DNA of 64,000 bases from IMG/VR virus record IMGVR_UViG_3300034101_003860, positions 4,041 to 68,040 of that record. One strand, written 5' to 3'. The notes beneath the pieces were generated by a model. The model saw nothing but the letters and a program-made list of their open reading frames with translations, was not told where the DNA came from and searched no databases. The position numbers and the translations under genes are program-made. Below are positions 50,666 through 58,015 of the stretch, in pieces. This DNA is from a virus. Positions within the stretch are counted from its first letter, which is position 1. Each line of letters opens with the position of its first letter.

Positions 50666-51467
50666 CTAATACTACGCTTTCATGATTTAAGAATGGGCGA
50701 TCTACAGTATTGTCTTGGTAGTTGTGATAACCAAATAAATCTTTTTGATATTTTTGTGTGGCCATATGTAAAATTTCCATTTCTTTGCCCTCTTTTTCTC
50801 TTAATTCTTCGTCTTCTAGCATTCGTATTAGTCCTACCCAGCTACTTTTTCCGTCTTCTATTCTTTTTATTCGTTGTTCTCTAGTAGCTTTTAAATCTTT
50901 TCCTATTTTTTGTTGTTCTCCTAAAAGTTTAGAATATTCGTTAGTATAACTACTAATACTATTTCTAGCAAAACTTAATTGGGTTTCTAGATTAGCTAGT
51001 CGTGGAATATCTCTTTGATCTTCGGGTTTTTCATATTCTTTATCTACTAATTTTTGCAGTTTTTCCGTTTCCGATATGTGTCTTTTTCGCTCTTTCATAC
51101 TACGATTAATTAGAATATCTATAGTAATAAATTGTTTAATTTGAATTTCTTCAGCGGGTAAAACATCCTCTCTAAATTGTTTAATTAATCCTATCCAAAT
51201 ACTTTCAAAATATTCTAGTTCGCCGCTTTCTTCATCGAATTGGCGCTCTATTTCGTACCAAAAACTTTTACTATGTAGTTTTCTTAAAAGAACTTCATTT
51301 TCACTTTTTTCTTCTGTAGAAAATAATCTATTTTCATCAATATATCTATTGATAGGGTCTATATTTCTATTTAAACTATTAGCAATTTGTTCTATGCTTA
51401 GTTGACCAATGCTATCTCGTATGAATTTTTCTTCGTCTAAGCTTAATTGTCCGCGTTTTTTTGCCAT
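50658..51467 (-). CDS. putative terminase small subunit
   Basis: N-terminal HTH (LSIEQIANSLNR), coiled coil ending DLKATREQR; upstream of TerL. Confidence 0.5.
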   Translation of the reverse strand: MAKKRGQLSLDEEKFIRDSIGQLSIEQIANSLNRNIDPINRYIDENRLFSTEEKSENEVLLRKLHSKSFWYEIERQFDEESGELEYFESIWIGLIKQFREDVLPAEEIQIKQFITIDILINRSMKERKRHISETEKLQKLVDKEYEKPEDQRDIPRLANLETQLSFARNSISSYTNEYSKLLGEQQKIGKDLKATREQRIKRIEDGKSSWVGLIRMLEDEELREKEGKEMEILHMATQKYQKDLFGYHNYQDNTVDRPFLNHESVVLDD

Positions 51468-52060
51468 AAAATTTCTCTTATATGACTTAGTAATCTATCT
51501 TTGTCGCTTTTGGGTACTTTACTGCCATTTTTAAGTTTGAGATAAATTAGCCGAAATTCCCCATTAAGATTTTCATCTAGTATTTTTAGTATTTCTATAT
51601 TTTCTAAAGAATTAGTTCTATGATCTAGAAAAATATTACTATAATCTTTAGTTTCTTCTAGAGTGGTAAGATGCATCAAATTCTTTTTATTTTCGTTTCT
51701 TTTGCTCCATGTTTCGTATAGATCACAATCATATTTGTTACTATATTTTGTGCAGAGAGAATTTTTCTTGTCGAAAAGAGGACAAGAGTAACAGGGTTTG
51801 TCGGGCCTTTGATAGTTATCTCTTTTGTAATTAAAAAGTCGATTGCGAACGTGGGTCCAAAGAAAGTTTTCTAGGGGCCTTTTGTGATCATAATTTTTTA
51901 ACCCTTCCAAAGCAAAAATGCTTATCTGTTGCTTCATATCTTCTATATCATGATAGCCAAATTTAAATTTGTAGGCTAATTTTTTAGTAATAATATCTAT
52001 AACTTTTAATAGTTCGTTTTCATCAATCTGGGGATTCGGTCTTTTTTTCTTCTTTTTCAT
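51443..52060 (-). CDS. phage sigma70-like factor (region 2 plus Cys-rich insert); likely late sigma
   Basis: DIEDMKQQ..ALEGLKNYD..LENFLWTHVRNRLFN region-2-like; CYSC..C..C insert. Confidence 0.7.
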   Translation of the reverse strand: MKKKKKRPNPQIDENELLKVIDIITKKLAYKFKFGYHDIEDMKQQISIFALEGLKNYDHKRPLENFLWTHVRNRLFNYKRDNYQRPDKPCYSCPLFDKKNSLCTKYSNKYDCDLYETWSKRNENKKNLMHLTTLEETKDYSNIFLDHRTNSLENIEILKILDENLNGEFRLIYLKLKNGSKVPKSDKDRLLSHIREILWQKNADN

Positions 52061-52175
52061 TAAGAATTTCGCCTAGAGTTTTTTGGGGATCTTCAACATT
52101 AAGGTCTTGTGAAATGTCCAAATGTGAACTAGCAACTACTTTTAGCTCGCTCGGAATAATATTCTCAATTTTCAT
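52023..52175 (-). CDS. small hypothetical protein (50 aa, not in ORF track)
   Basis: AAGGA RBS; MKIENIIPSELKVVASSHLDISQDL...TESPD*. Confidence 0.55.
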   Translation of the reverse strand: MKIENIIPSELKVVASSHLDISQDLNVEDPQKTLGEILNEKEEKKTESPD

Positions 52176-52212
52176 AATTTGTCCTTGCGTTAAGTGAACA
52201 ATGTTGTACTAT

Positions 52213-52241
52213 ATAATAAGTTATTAGTACACTTTTGTCAA
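52213..52241 (-). promoter_or_regulatory. sigma70-type promoter for sigma/packaging operon
   Basis: TTGACA-17 nt-TATTAT on minus strand, spacer contains GTGTAC. Confidence 0.6.
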
Positions 52242-52256
52242 AAAGGAACAACTATT

Positions 52257-52481
52257 ATGGGTAATTATAAAAAGTGGAGTGATGCAGAGTTGGGGTTTGT
52301 TAGGGATAATATTGAAGTTTTGAGTGATAGTGAATTGGCCAATAAGCTGAAAGATATGACGGGTGAAAATATTACTACGGGAATGGTAAGACGTCAAAGA
52401 CGCAAGTTGGGTATTGCTAAAGCTCGTGGTCGTAGAAAAAAGATCAAAGATACTGCTCCACAGTTACATTCAGAAACCTGA
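52257..52481 (+). CDS. small HTH DNA-binding protein
   Basis: KWSDAELGFVRDN..SDSELANKL..VRRQRRKLG; AAGGA RBS before ATG 52257. Confidence 0.7.
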   Translation: MGNYKKWSDAELGFVRDNIEVLSDSELANKLKDMTGENITTGMVRRQRRKLGIAKARGRRKKIKDTAPQLHSET

Positions 52482-52509
52482 AACAATAATTGTATTCGGT
52501 ATTCTAAAG

Positions 52510-52539
52510 AAGCATCAGATTCGTCTGGTGCTTTTTTTT
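52510..52539 (+). terminator. intrinsic terminator
   Basis: AAGCATCAGA-TTCG-TCTGGTGCTT plus T run. Confidence 0.9.
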
Positions 52540-52686
52540 GTTTGGTTATGGGGCTAATAAGAAGGTTTAGGTAATACATTTTAGTTATGAGGGGCTTATT
52601 GAGTTTGGACCACCGCCGCGTTTTGGGGGTTATACCCCCCATTGGTGGCAAAACAGAAAAACCCCCCATAGGTGGGGAAAGGCTAT

Positions 52687-52703
52687 AGCAAATCCTGTGC
52701 CAA
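52687..52703 (-). promoter_or_regulatory. sigma54 -24/-12 consensus site
   Basis: TTGGCACAGGATTTGCT (GG-N10-GC). Confidence 0.7.
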
Positions 52704-52826
52704 AAACTCGAAAACTTACAATGTCGATAGAATATGGTTTCGACTATTTTTTTTAGTTGACAATGCCGATACTAAATGTAGGATAGTGGCATGATTACGA
52801 TGGAAACCCACAATGGAGATAGTAAG

Positions 52827-53084
52827 ATGCAAACGAATGGTGCGGTTATCACTGGACGCTACATGATCGCAAGCCGCAGGGATGGTCGCGTTTTTAGTGG
52901 CATGGTCGAGTCGGTCAAGGCTCTAGACAAGGGTACGCTTGTGGTGCTAACGTGGTTTTCCCACGACGAAGAAAACTATGGTCACAAGTATCGTTCGTTT
53001 TATCTTGACAGCCTCACCGGCTGGGAAATGTATCTTGATGGCGAAGAGTACGATTGTGCGATTGCTTGCATGGTCGAGGCATAG
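52827..53084 (+). CDS. small SH3/WYL-like beta protein, paralogue 1
   Basis: GGAG RBS; KGTLVVLTWF..YRSFYLD. Confidence 0.7.
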   Translation: MQTNGAVITGRYMIASRRDGRVFSGMVESVKALDKGTLVVLTWFSHDEENYGHKYRSFYLDSLTGWEMYLDGEEYDCAIACMVEA

Positions 53085-53147
53085 ACTGGCCGATATAGGG
53101 GTATCTTACATCCTCCCCCCTATGGGGGATAACCTAGGAAAAATAAA

Positions 53148-53336
53148 ATGAACAATCTTGATAAGATTTTCGGTGCTATGCGAACTGGCAAGTATGGTAC
53201 GATTGTTGACCCGAAGGGCAAGGTATACGTCGGGATTATTAATAGCATCATGAGGGAAGATGGTAGCGGTCGCAACTGGATTGTAACCGTCACGAATCTG
53301 ACCACGACCGACAAGATTTTCATTCACGCTAACTGA
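53148..53336 (+). CDS. hypothetical early protein
   Basis: AGGA RBS; 62 aa. Confidence 0.7.
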   Translation: MNNLDKIFGAMRTGKYGTIVDPKGKVYVGIINSIMREDGSGRNWIVTVTNLTTTDKIFIHAN

Positions 53337-53349
53337 AAAGGATAGAAAA

Positions 53350-53511
53350 ATGAGCGATTTTGAGCGGATTATCGCGGATAGCATGATCGACGAGGATGGG
53401 CAAGAGTGGACGGTTGGGTATTTTGGGGTGGATCTGGATGATGAGGAAGAATACATCGACCACGAGGAAGACGCAGACTGGGACGTTTATGGGGAAGAGG
53501 AGTTTGCATAA
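53350..53511 (+). CDS. very acidic 53-aa protein (not in ORF track)
   Basis: AAGGA RBS; MSDFERIIADSMIDEDGQEW...EEEFA*, 22 D/E versus one R. Confidence 0.7.
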   Translation: MSDFERIIADSMIDEDGQEWTVGYFGVDLDDEEEYIDHEEDADWDVYGEEEFA

Positions 53512-53584
53512 CCCCCCGATGGTAGGGATAACCACACTCTCCCCCACATGGGGGATTGTACCACCCAAACTGGGCCGTTAGAAC

Positions 53585-53653
53585 CTGCCAAAACGGCATA
53601 CAAGGCAGACTGCCAAAATGGCAGAAATCGCGCGAAATCTGCCAAAATGGCAG
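53585..53653. repeat. paired palindrome CTGCCA-N3-TGGCAG, unit 1 (plus extra degenerate copy)
   Basis: Copies at 53610 and 53639 (29-bp pitch); degenerate copy at 53585. Confidence 0.95.
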
Positions 53654-53658
53654 CCACC

Positions 53659-53701
53659 AGCAAATATCGTGCCAAACTGCCCCCAGCAAATATCATGCCA
53701 A
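53659..53701 (-). promoter_or_regulatory. two tandem sigma54 -24/-12 consensus sites
   Basis: TTGGCACGATATTTGCT (53659-53675) and TTGGCATGATATTTGCT (53685-53701). Confidence 0.7.
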
Positions 53702-53786
53702 ATGAAAATCTTTTTTTCTCTATTTCTTTTTTTTGACAATGCCGATATAGAATGTAGGATAAGTGAAAAGGAAAAGGAGATTGAAA

Positions 53787-53921
53787 ATGTTTGACGATGC
53801 CGAATATATCTCGCAGTGCTGCGGTTGCCCGGTTGACGTACCTTGCCCAAGCGATCCGGTCGATGATATCGTCGTGATTTGCCCAGATTGTCAAGAATGG
53901 ACGTCGATTGAAATCGAGTGA
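53787..53921 (+). CDS. small acidic Zn-ribbon protein (44 aa, not in ORF track)
   Basis: AAGGAG RBS; SQCCGC...ICPDC. Confidence 0.7.
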   Translation: MFDDAEYISQCCGCPVDVPCPSDPVDDIVVICPDCQEWTSIEIE

Positions 53922-53978
53922 TTTTTTTTGTTGACAATATCGATACTAAATGTAGGATAGCAGTATCACAAGGGAGAA

Positions 53979-54227
53979 ATGCAAATGGAAAGCCGTTGCG
54001 ACAAGTTTGGTACGGTTCAGGTGAACAAGGGTTTCGAGTGTGTCAAGCATAACGGCAAGGGTTATGCTGGAAATATCGTCAAGGTGTCGGCTCACCCTAG
54101 GGGTACACTTGTCACGATTGAATGGTATCTCCCGCGTGATCCTAGTCCCACCTATCGGTCGGTCTATCTCGAAGAGTGTGAAGTGTGGTGGACTCACACT
54201 TATAACCGCGAAGTTATCACCCATTGA
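53979..54227 (+). CDS. small SH3/WYL-like beta protein, paralogue 2
   Basis: KFGTVQV..FEC.K.NGK.YAG.IVKVS..GTLVTI..YRSVYLEEC. Confidence 0.75.
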   Translation: MQMESRCDKFGTVQVNKGFECVKHNGKGYAGNIVKVSAHPRGTLVTIEWYLPRDPSPTYRSVYLEECEVWWTHTYNREVITH

Positions 54228-54246
54228 ACGAAAAGGAAAGCAAACG

Positions 54247-54429
54247 ATGAATGATGAAATCCGAAATCTGGCAAACGCTCTCGGCCTTGTGGTCGCATCG
54301 GTATGGAATGGATACACTCGACGATGGATTGTGAGCGAACGTGACGCATACTACCCCCTCTATACTACTACCGATTATGCTACGCTGATCGAAGGATTGA
54401 AGAATGGAGGACGATTCCCCCCATTGTAG
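54247..54429 (+). CDS. hypothetical early protein
   Basis: AAGGA RBS before MNDEIRNLANAL. Confidence 0.65.
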   Translation: MNDEIRNLANALGLVVASVWNGYTRRWIVSERDAYYPLYTTTDYATLIEGLKNGGRFPPL

Positions 54430-54531
54430 GGAATACCCCCCTCCGAAGTAGGGTGGGCTACAATACCCCCCTTATGGGGGTTGTCTCAGCCGAGCCTCTC
54501 GGCTTACAATAATGACAGTCAGCCAGTGAGA

Positions 54532-54575
54532 CTGCCAAAATGGCAGGCGCCGCGCGCTTTCTGCCAAAATGGCAG
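54532..54575. repeat. paired palindrome unit 2
   Basis: CTGCCAAAATGGCAG at 54532 and 54561. Confidence 0.95.
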
Positions 54576-54579
54576 GCAG

Positions 54580-54622
54580 AGCAAATCTTGTGCCAAACGC
54601 CCACCAGCAAATATCATGCCAA
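54580..54622 (-). promoter_or_regulatory. two tandem sigma54 -24/-12 consensus sites
   Basis: TTGGCACAAGATTTGCT (54580-54596) and TTGGCATGATATTTGCT (54606-54622). Confidence 0.7.
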
Positions 54623-54711
54623 ACAAAAAATATTTTTCCACAATCTTTTCCTCTTTTTTTTTGTTGACAATGCCGATACCTAATGTATAATCGAGGTATA
54701 ACCAAGAGGAA

Positions 54712-54972
54712 ATGAAAATGAGTAAGTTTGGAACGGTTCAGGTTGGATACGATTTCGAGTGCCTGAAGAATAACGGTAAGCGGTATGCCGGTGAGATTGT
54801 CAAGGTTTCATCGTATGCTAAGGGTACGCTGGTCACGATTCGATATTATGAGTCAGATGCCTACAAAAACTCGTATGGGGAGTGGGTCGAGGGTTTTAGT
54901 CCAGTTCACAAGTCGATATATCTTGAAGATTGTGCCGAATGGTACACTGAGGAGCCAGCCCCCCAATACTAG
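54712..54972 (+). CDS. small SH3/WYL-like beta protein, paralogue 3
   Basis: Clear similarity to 53979-54227; HKSIYLEDC. Confidence 0.75.
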   Translation: MKMSKFGTVQVGYDFECLKNNGKRYAGEIVKVSSYAKGTLVTIRYYESDAYKNSYGEWVEGFSPVHKSIYLEDCAEWYTEEPAPQY

Positions 54973-55011
54973 GGGGTTGTGCAGTTTGGTAGGATCAAGT
55001 CAGAAAGGAAA

Positions 55012-55212
55012 ATGGTCATGTTCATCATTATGAAACGTTCGCGAGCATATGAGGGGGCCACACCCCTCGACGCCTACAGTGTTCCCGAAACGTGTGCCTG
55101 TGCTGGTGTTGAACCCGGCAAGGTATACAATAGTCGGGAGTCTGCCCAAGTTGATGCCGACAAGTTGAGCCGGTACAATCCTATCGGGTTTGTTGTGGTT
55201 TCCTGTAAATAA
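55012..55212 (+). CDS. hypothetical early protein
   Basis: AAGGA RBS before MVMFIIMK. Confidence 0.6.
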   Translation: MVMFIIMKRSRAYEGATPLDAYSVPETCACAGVEPGKVYNSRESAQVDADKLSRYNPIGFVVVSCK

Positions 55213-55240
55213 GTTTTTCTCACCACTAAGGGTATCAAAA

Positions 55241-55558
55241 ATGTTTCCGATTATTGAAAAAGCCAAGCGTCAAGCCTACCTTTGCTTCGTGGGTCTGGCT
55301 ATCCCCTGCGACAAGTCTACGGCCGATGGCGGTATGATTCGGTCTGAAAAGGTTCTGAAGTTCAATCGGTCTGCTATGCGTGATAGTGTCAACGTCAAGG
55401 CCGAAAAGGTTGACCCCCGAATGAGTGGGGGTGAGGATACGATGATTGTTAAGGTGGGCAAGCCGGGTAGTCGGGAGAGGGTAGAGGCTTTCCGGTCACA
55501 ATATGACGCTATCGCCGCTATGGGCGAGGAAGTATCCCCCTTCGCTTGGGAGGGGTGA
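55241..55558 (+). CDS. hypothetical early protein
   Basis: ATG 55241 (MFPIIEKAKRQ). Confidence 0.7.
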   Translation: MFPIIEKAKRQAYLCFVGLAIPCDKSTADGGMIRSEKVLKFNRSAMRDSVNVKAEKVDPRMSGGEDTMIVKVGKPGSRERVEAFRSQYDAIAAMGEEVSPFAWEG

Positions 55559-55577
55559 CCCACCCACGAGAGGGGTT

Positions 55578-55642
55578 CTGTCAAGTTGGCAGCCTTGACT
55601 GCCAAAATGGCAGAAATCGCGCGAAATCTGCCAAAATGGCAG
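55578..55642. repeat. paired palindrome unit 3 (plus extra degenerate copy)
   Basis: Copies at 55599 and 55628; degenerate CTGTCAAGTTGGCAG at 55578; 55597-55665 identical to 53608-53676. Confidence 0.95.
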
Positions 55643-55647
55643 CCACC

Positions 55648-55664
55648 AGCAAATATCGTGCCAA
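55648..55664 (-). promoter_or_regulatory. sigma54 -24/-12 consensus site
   Basis: TTGGCACGATATTTGCT. Confidence 0.7.
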
Positions 55665-55754
55665 AAGCCAAAATATTATTTTGCTATTTTTTTTGTTTGA
55701 CATTCAAGGTATGGCTGGTAGAATACCGATATACCTAGCAGAGAGGAAAAGAAA

Positions 55755-55970
55755 ATGATCGAAAACAAAATCAAAGATGCACTGACTCAGATTTGGGGAA
55801 GCGAGTCTCACAACGTAACTTTTCTGGCAACCCCCGATGGTCGGCTGTACGCTGAGTGTGAGTCTACTATGGATCGTCGCCGGTTGACTGATAGTAACTA
55901 TCGTGAGATTCTGAACGATATGTTTTATATTTACTGTCTGGAAAATGCCGCTTGGATGGGGGTTTCATAG
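55755..55970 (+). CDS. hypothetical early protein
   Basis: GAGGA RBS, own promoter. Confidence 0.7.
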   Translation: MIENKIKDALTQIWGSESHNVTFLATPDGRLYAECESTMDRRRLTDSNYREILNDMFYIYCLENAAWMGVS

Positions 55971-56141
55971 TCCCCCTGTTGTGGGGGTTGATTTGTCTTA
56001 TCCGATCCTATCGGATTGGCAAGGTGGGCTATAGTCAGCCAAAATGAGGGCCTAATGGAAATCGTGAGTTTGGTATTGACATTGTGGATATCGGGTGGTA
56101 TGATTCTTAGTGTGGTTTGGTTGCTCTCTTTGGAGTAAAAA

Positions 56142-56357
56142 ATGGATTACCAGAAAATCTATAAGTTTGATAATGGTTATGGGGCTAGTGTGGTTTGTAA
56201 CTTTGGAACCTATGGGGCCAAAGATGGTCTTTTCGAGGTTGCCGTTCTTGACAGTAACGGAGAGATTGCATACAATACGCCCGTTGCTAGTGACGTTATC
56301 GGCTGGCTTGACTTTGCAGACGTTGCGGATATTCTGAATAAGATTAAGGCTCTCTAA
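56142..56357 (+). CDS. hypothetical phage protein
   Basis: GGAG RBS; FDNGYGASVV..YG..GLFEVAVL motif common in small phage proteins. Confidence 0.75.
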   Translation: MDYQKIYKFDNGYGASVVCNFGTYGAKDGLFEVAVLDSNGEIAYNTPVASDVIGWLDFADVADILNKIKAL

Positions 56358-56372
56358 TCTAAGGAAAATAAA

Positions 56373-56675
56373 ATGACTTACGCCGAAGCGGTTTCTATGG
56401 TGCAAGGTAAAACCAATCGTAAGACTCGAAAGATTGGTAATAATACCTATGCGGAAATCGAGTATGATAACAGTGTTTCTATTCGGTTGCATGGTACATC
56501 GGTTGTAAGGTTTTATCCTAATGGGCTGGTGAAGTTGAATAGTGGCGGGTGGCGAACCAGCACCACAAAAGATAGAATCAACAAGTATAGCCCCGTGAGT
56601 GTTTACCAAAAAAACTTTGAGTGGTTTTTGCGTGATCATACTCCGTTTGAAGATAATATCTTGGTTCGTAACTAA
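56373..56675 (+). CDS. hypothetical phage protein
   Basis: AAGGA RBS; LHGT.V..LNSGGWRTSTTKDRIN. Confidence 0.75.
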   Translation: MTYAEAVSMVQGKTNRKTRKIGNNTYAEIEYDNSVSIRLHGTSVVRFYPNGLVKLNSGGWRTSTTKDRINKYSPVSVYQKNFEWFLRDHTPFEDNILVRN

Positions 56676-56690
56676 AGAAAGGGGCTAGGG

Positions 56691-56801
56691 ATGGCCGATT
56701 ATATTAACTGGTATGTATTCTTTGCTGGATTTACTATTGGTGGTGCTTGTGTTTATAGTATTTGTGAACTACTTTTTCCTTTGAGTAAAAAAGATGAATA
56801 A
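56691..56801 (+). CDS. small membrane peptide (36 aa)
   Basis: MADYINWYVFFAGFTIGGACVYSICELLF hydrophobic span. Confidence 0.45.
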   Translation: MADYINWYVFFAGFTIGGACVYSICELLFPLSKKDE

Positions 56802-56868
56802 GGCGGATTATATTCTGTTGAGTTTCTCTTTTGTGATGGGCTGCGTTCTTACCTATCTTCTCAACTAA
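56794..56868 (+). CDS. small membrane peptide (24 aa)
   Basis: MNKADYILLSFSFVMGCVLTYLLN*, overlaps upstream stop. Confidence 0.35.
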   Translation: MNKADYILLSFSFVMGCVLTYLLN

Positions 56869-56876
56869 AACAAGGG

Positions 56877-56920
56877 CTGCCAATATGGCAGTTTCCGCGG
56901 CCGAGCTGCCAAAATGGCAG
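56877..56920. repeat. paired palindrome unit 4
   Basis: Copies at 56877 and 56906. Confidence 0.95.
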
Positions 56921-57002
56921 AGATTATTTTTGTGGATTTTTTTAGTTGACAAACCGATATCTAATGGTAGAATCAGCGTATCACCCCAACGGAGAAACGA
57001 CG

Positions 57003-57191
57003 ATGAATCAGTTTCCTCGGATGATGGCTCTTCTGGACGATACGGACACGATCAATGCTCTTCTGGCTCAACTGGTTGATGATGGATCAGTCGAGCCGAT
57101 TGATGATCCTAATAACCTGACCGACTTTTGGGATTGGGCCGAAGTGGTCGGGATTGTGGATGAGTTTGCCCCTATTGACAGCATGGTTTGA
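57003..57191 (+). CDS. small acidic protein
   Basis: GGAG RBS before MNQFPRMMALLDD. Confidence 0.7.
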   Translation: MNQFPRMMALLDDTDTINALLAQLVDDGSVEPIDDPNNLTDFWDWAEVVGIVDEFAPIDSMV

Positions 57192-57212
57192 TTAGTGTAA
57201 AAAGGATAAGTC

Positions 57213-57479
57213 ATGAGCCACCCCGATCCCCTTTACGATAAGGAAAACACGATGAGCCAGGATTCTTTTGACCGTTTCGATGATATGGCCGAGCGTACCA
57301 TTTATCCGTGGATTGACGATGAGTCGCACGACAGCGACGATGCTAACTACGATGACCATGATGACTTTTTCGATGAGGATGATTACGACGATAGCATGGA
57401 CGGAGATCATGATTCCGCGATGGAATCGGCGGGTTGGGGAACCGACGAGGACTACGGATACTACGGAGACGATTATTGA
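57213..57479 (+). CDS. extremely acidic protein
   Basis: AAGGA RBS; Asp-dominated; DGDHDSAMESAGWGTDEDYG C-terminus. Confidence 0.75.
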   Translation: MSHPDPLYDKENTMSQDSFDRFDDMAERTIYPWIDDESHDSDDANYDDHDDFFDEDDYDDSMDGDHDSAMESAGWGTDEDYGYYGDDY

Positions 57480-57492
57480 GCAAAACCCCGAT

Positions 57493-57536
57493 CTGCCAAA
57501 ATGGCAGCGGGGCCGCGATTTCTGCCAAAATGGCAT
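57493..57536. repeat. paired palindrome unit 5
   Basis: Copies at 57493 and 57522. Confidence 0.95.
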
Positions 57537-57615
57537 ACAAAGATTTTCTTATTTTTTTTCTTGACAGTGCCGATCTATATGGTATCCTTAGAGCATCACC
57601 CCAAAGGAAACGATA

Positions 57616-57951
57616 ATGACCTACAACGGCTATTCTAACTACGAAACGTGGGCTGTTCAGTTGTGGATCGACAATAGTGAATCGTCCAGTGCGTTCTGGC
57701 ATCGGCTTGCGGAAGAGATTTATAATCACGCAGCATCCGAACAGGCTCATTTTAGCAAGGTCGAGGATGCTACTTGTATTCTGGCCGAAAAACTCCGCGA
57801 TAGTTACAACGGCGGAATGGAAGCGCTTTTGAGTGATGGTAACGCAACCGGAACAGTTTGGGCCGATTTGCTGAACGCTAGTGTTTGTGCTGTTAACTTC
57901 CATGAGATTGCCAAGAATCTGATGGAAAGTGTTGTAGCAGTTCCTGCTTGA
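57616..57951 (+). CDS. conserved phage early protein (YNGYSNYETW family)
   Basis: AAGGA RBS; YNGYSNYETWAVQLWIDN...VNFHEIA. Confidence 0.75.
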   Translation: MTYNGYSNYETWAVQLWIDNSESSSAFWHRLAEEIYNHAASEQAHFSKVEDATCILAEKLRDSYNGGMEALLSDGNATGTVWADLLNASVCAVNFHEIAKNLMESVVAVPA

Positions 57952-58015
57952 CAAACGATTTTCTTGTGGTATGCTAGTTTTATTGAGTGAAGGATTTCTA
58001 AACGAAAGGGTTTTT

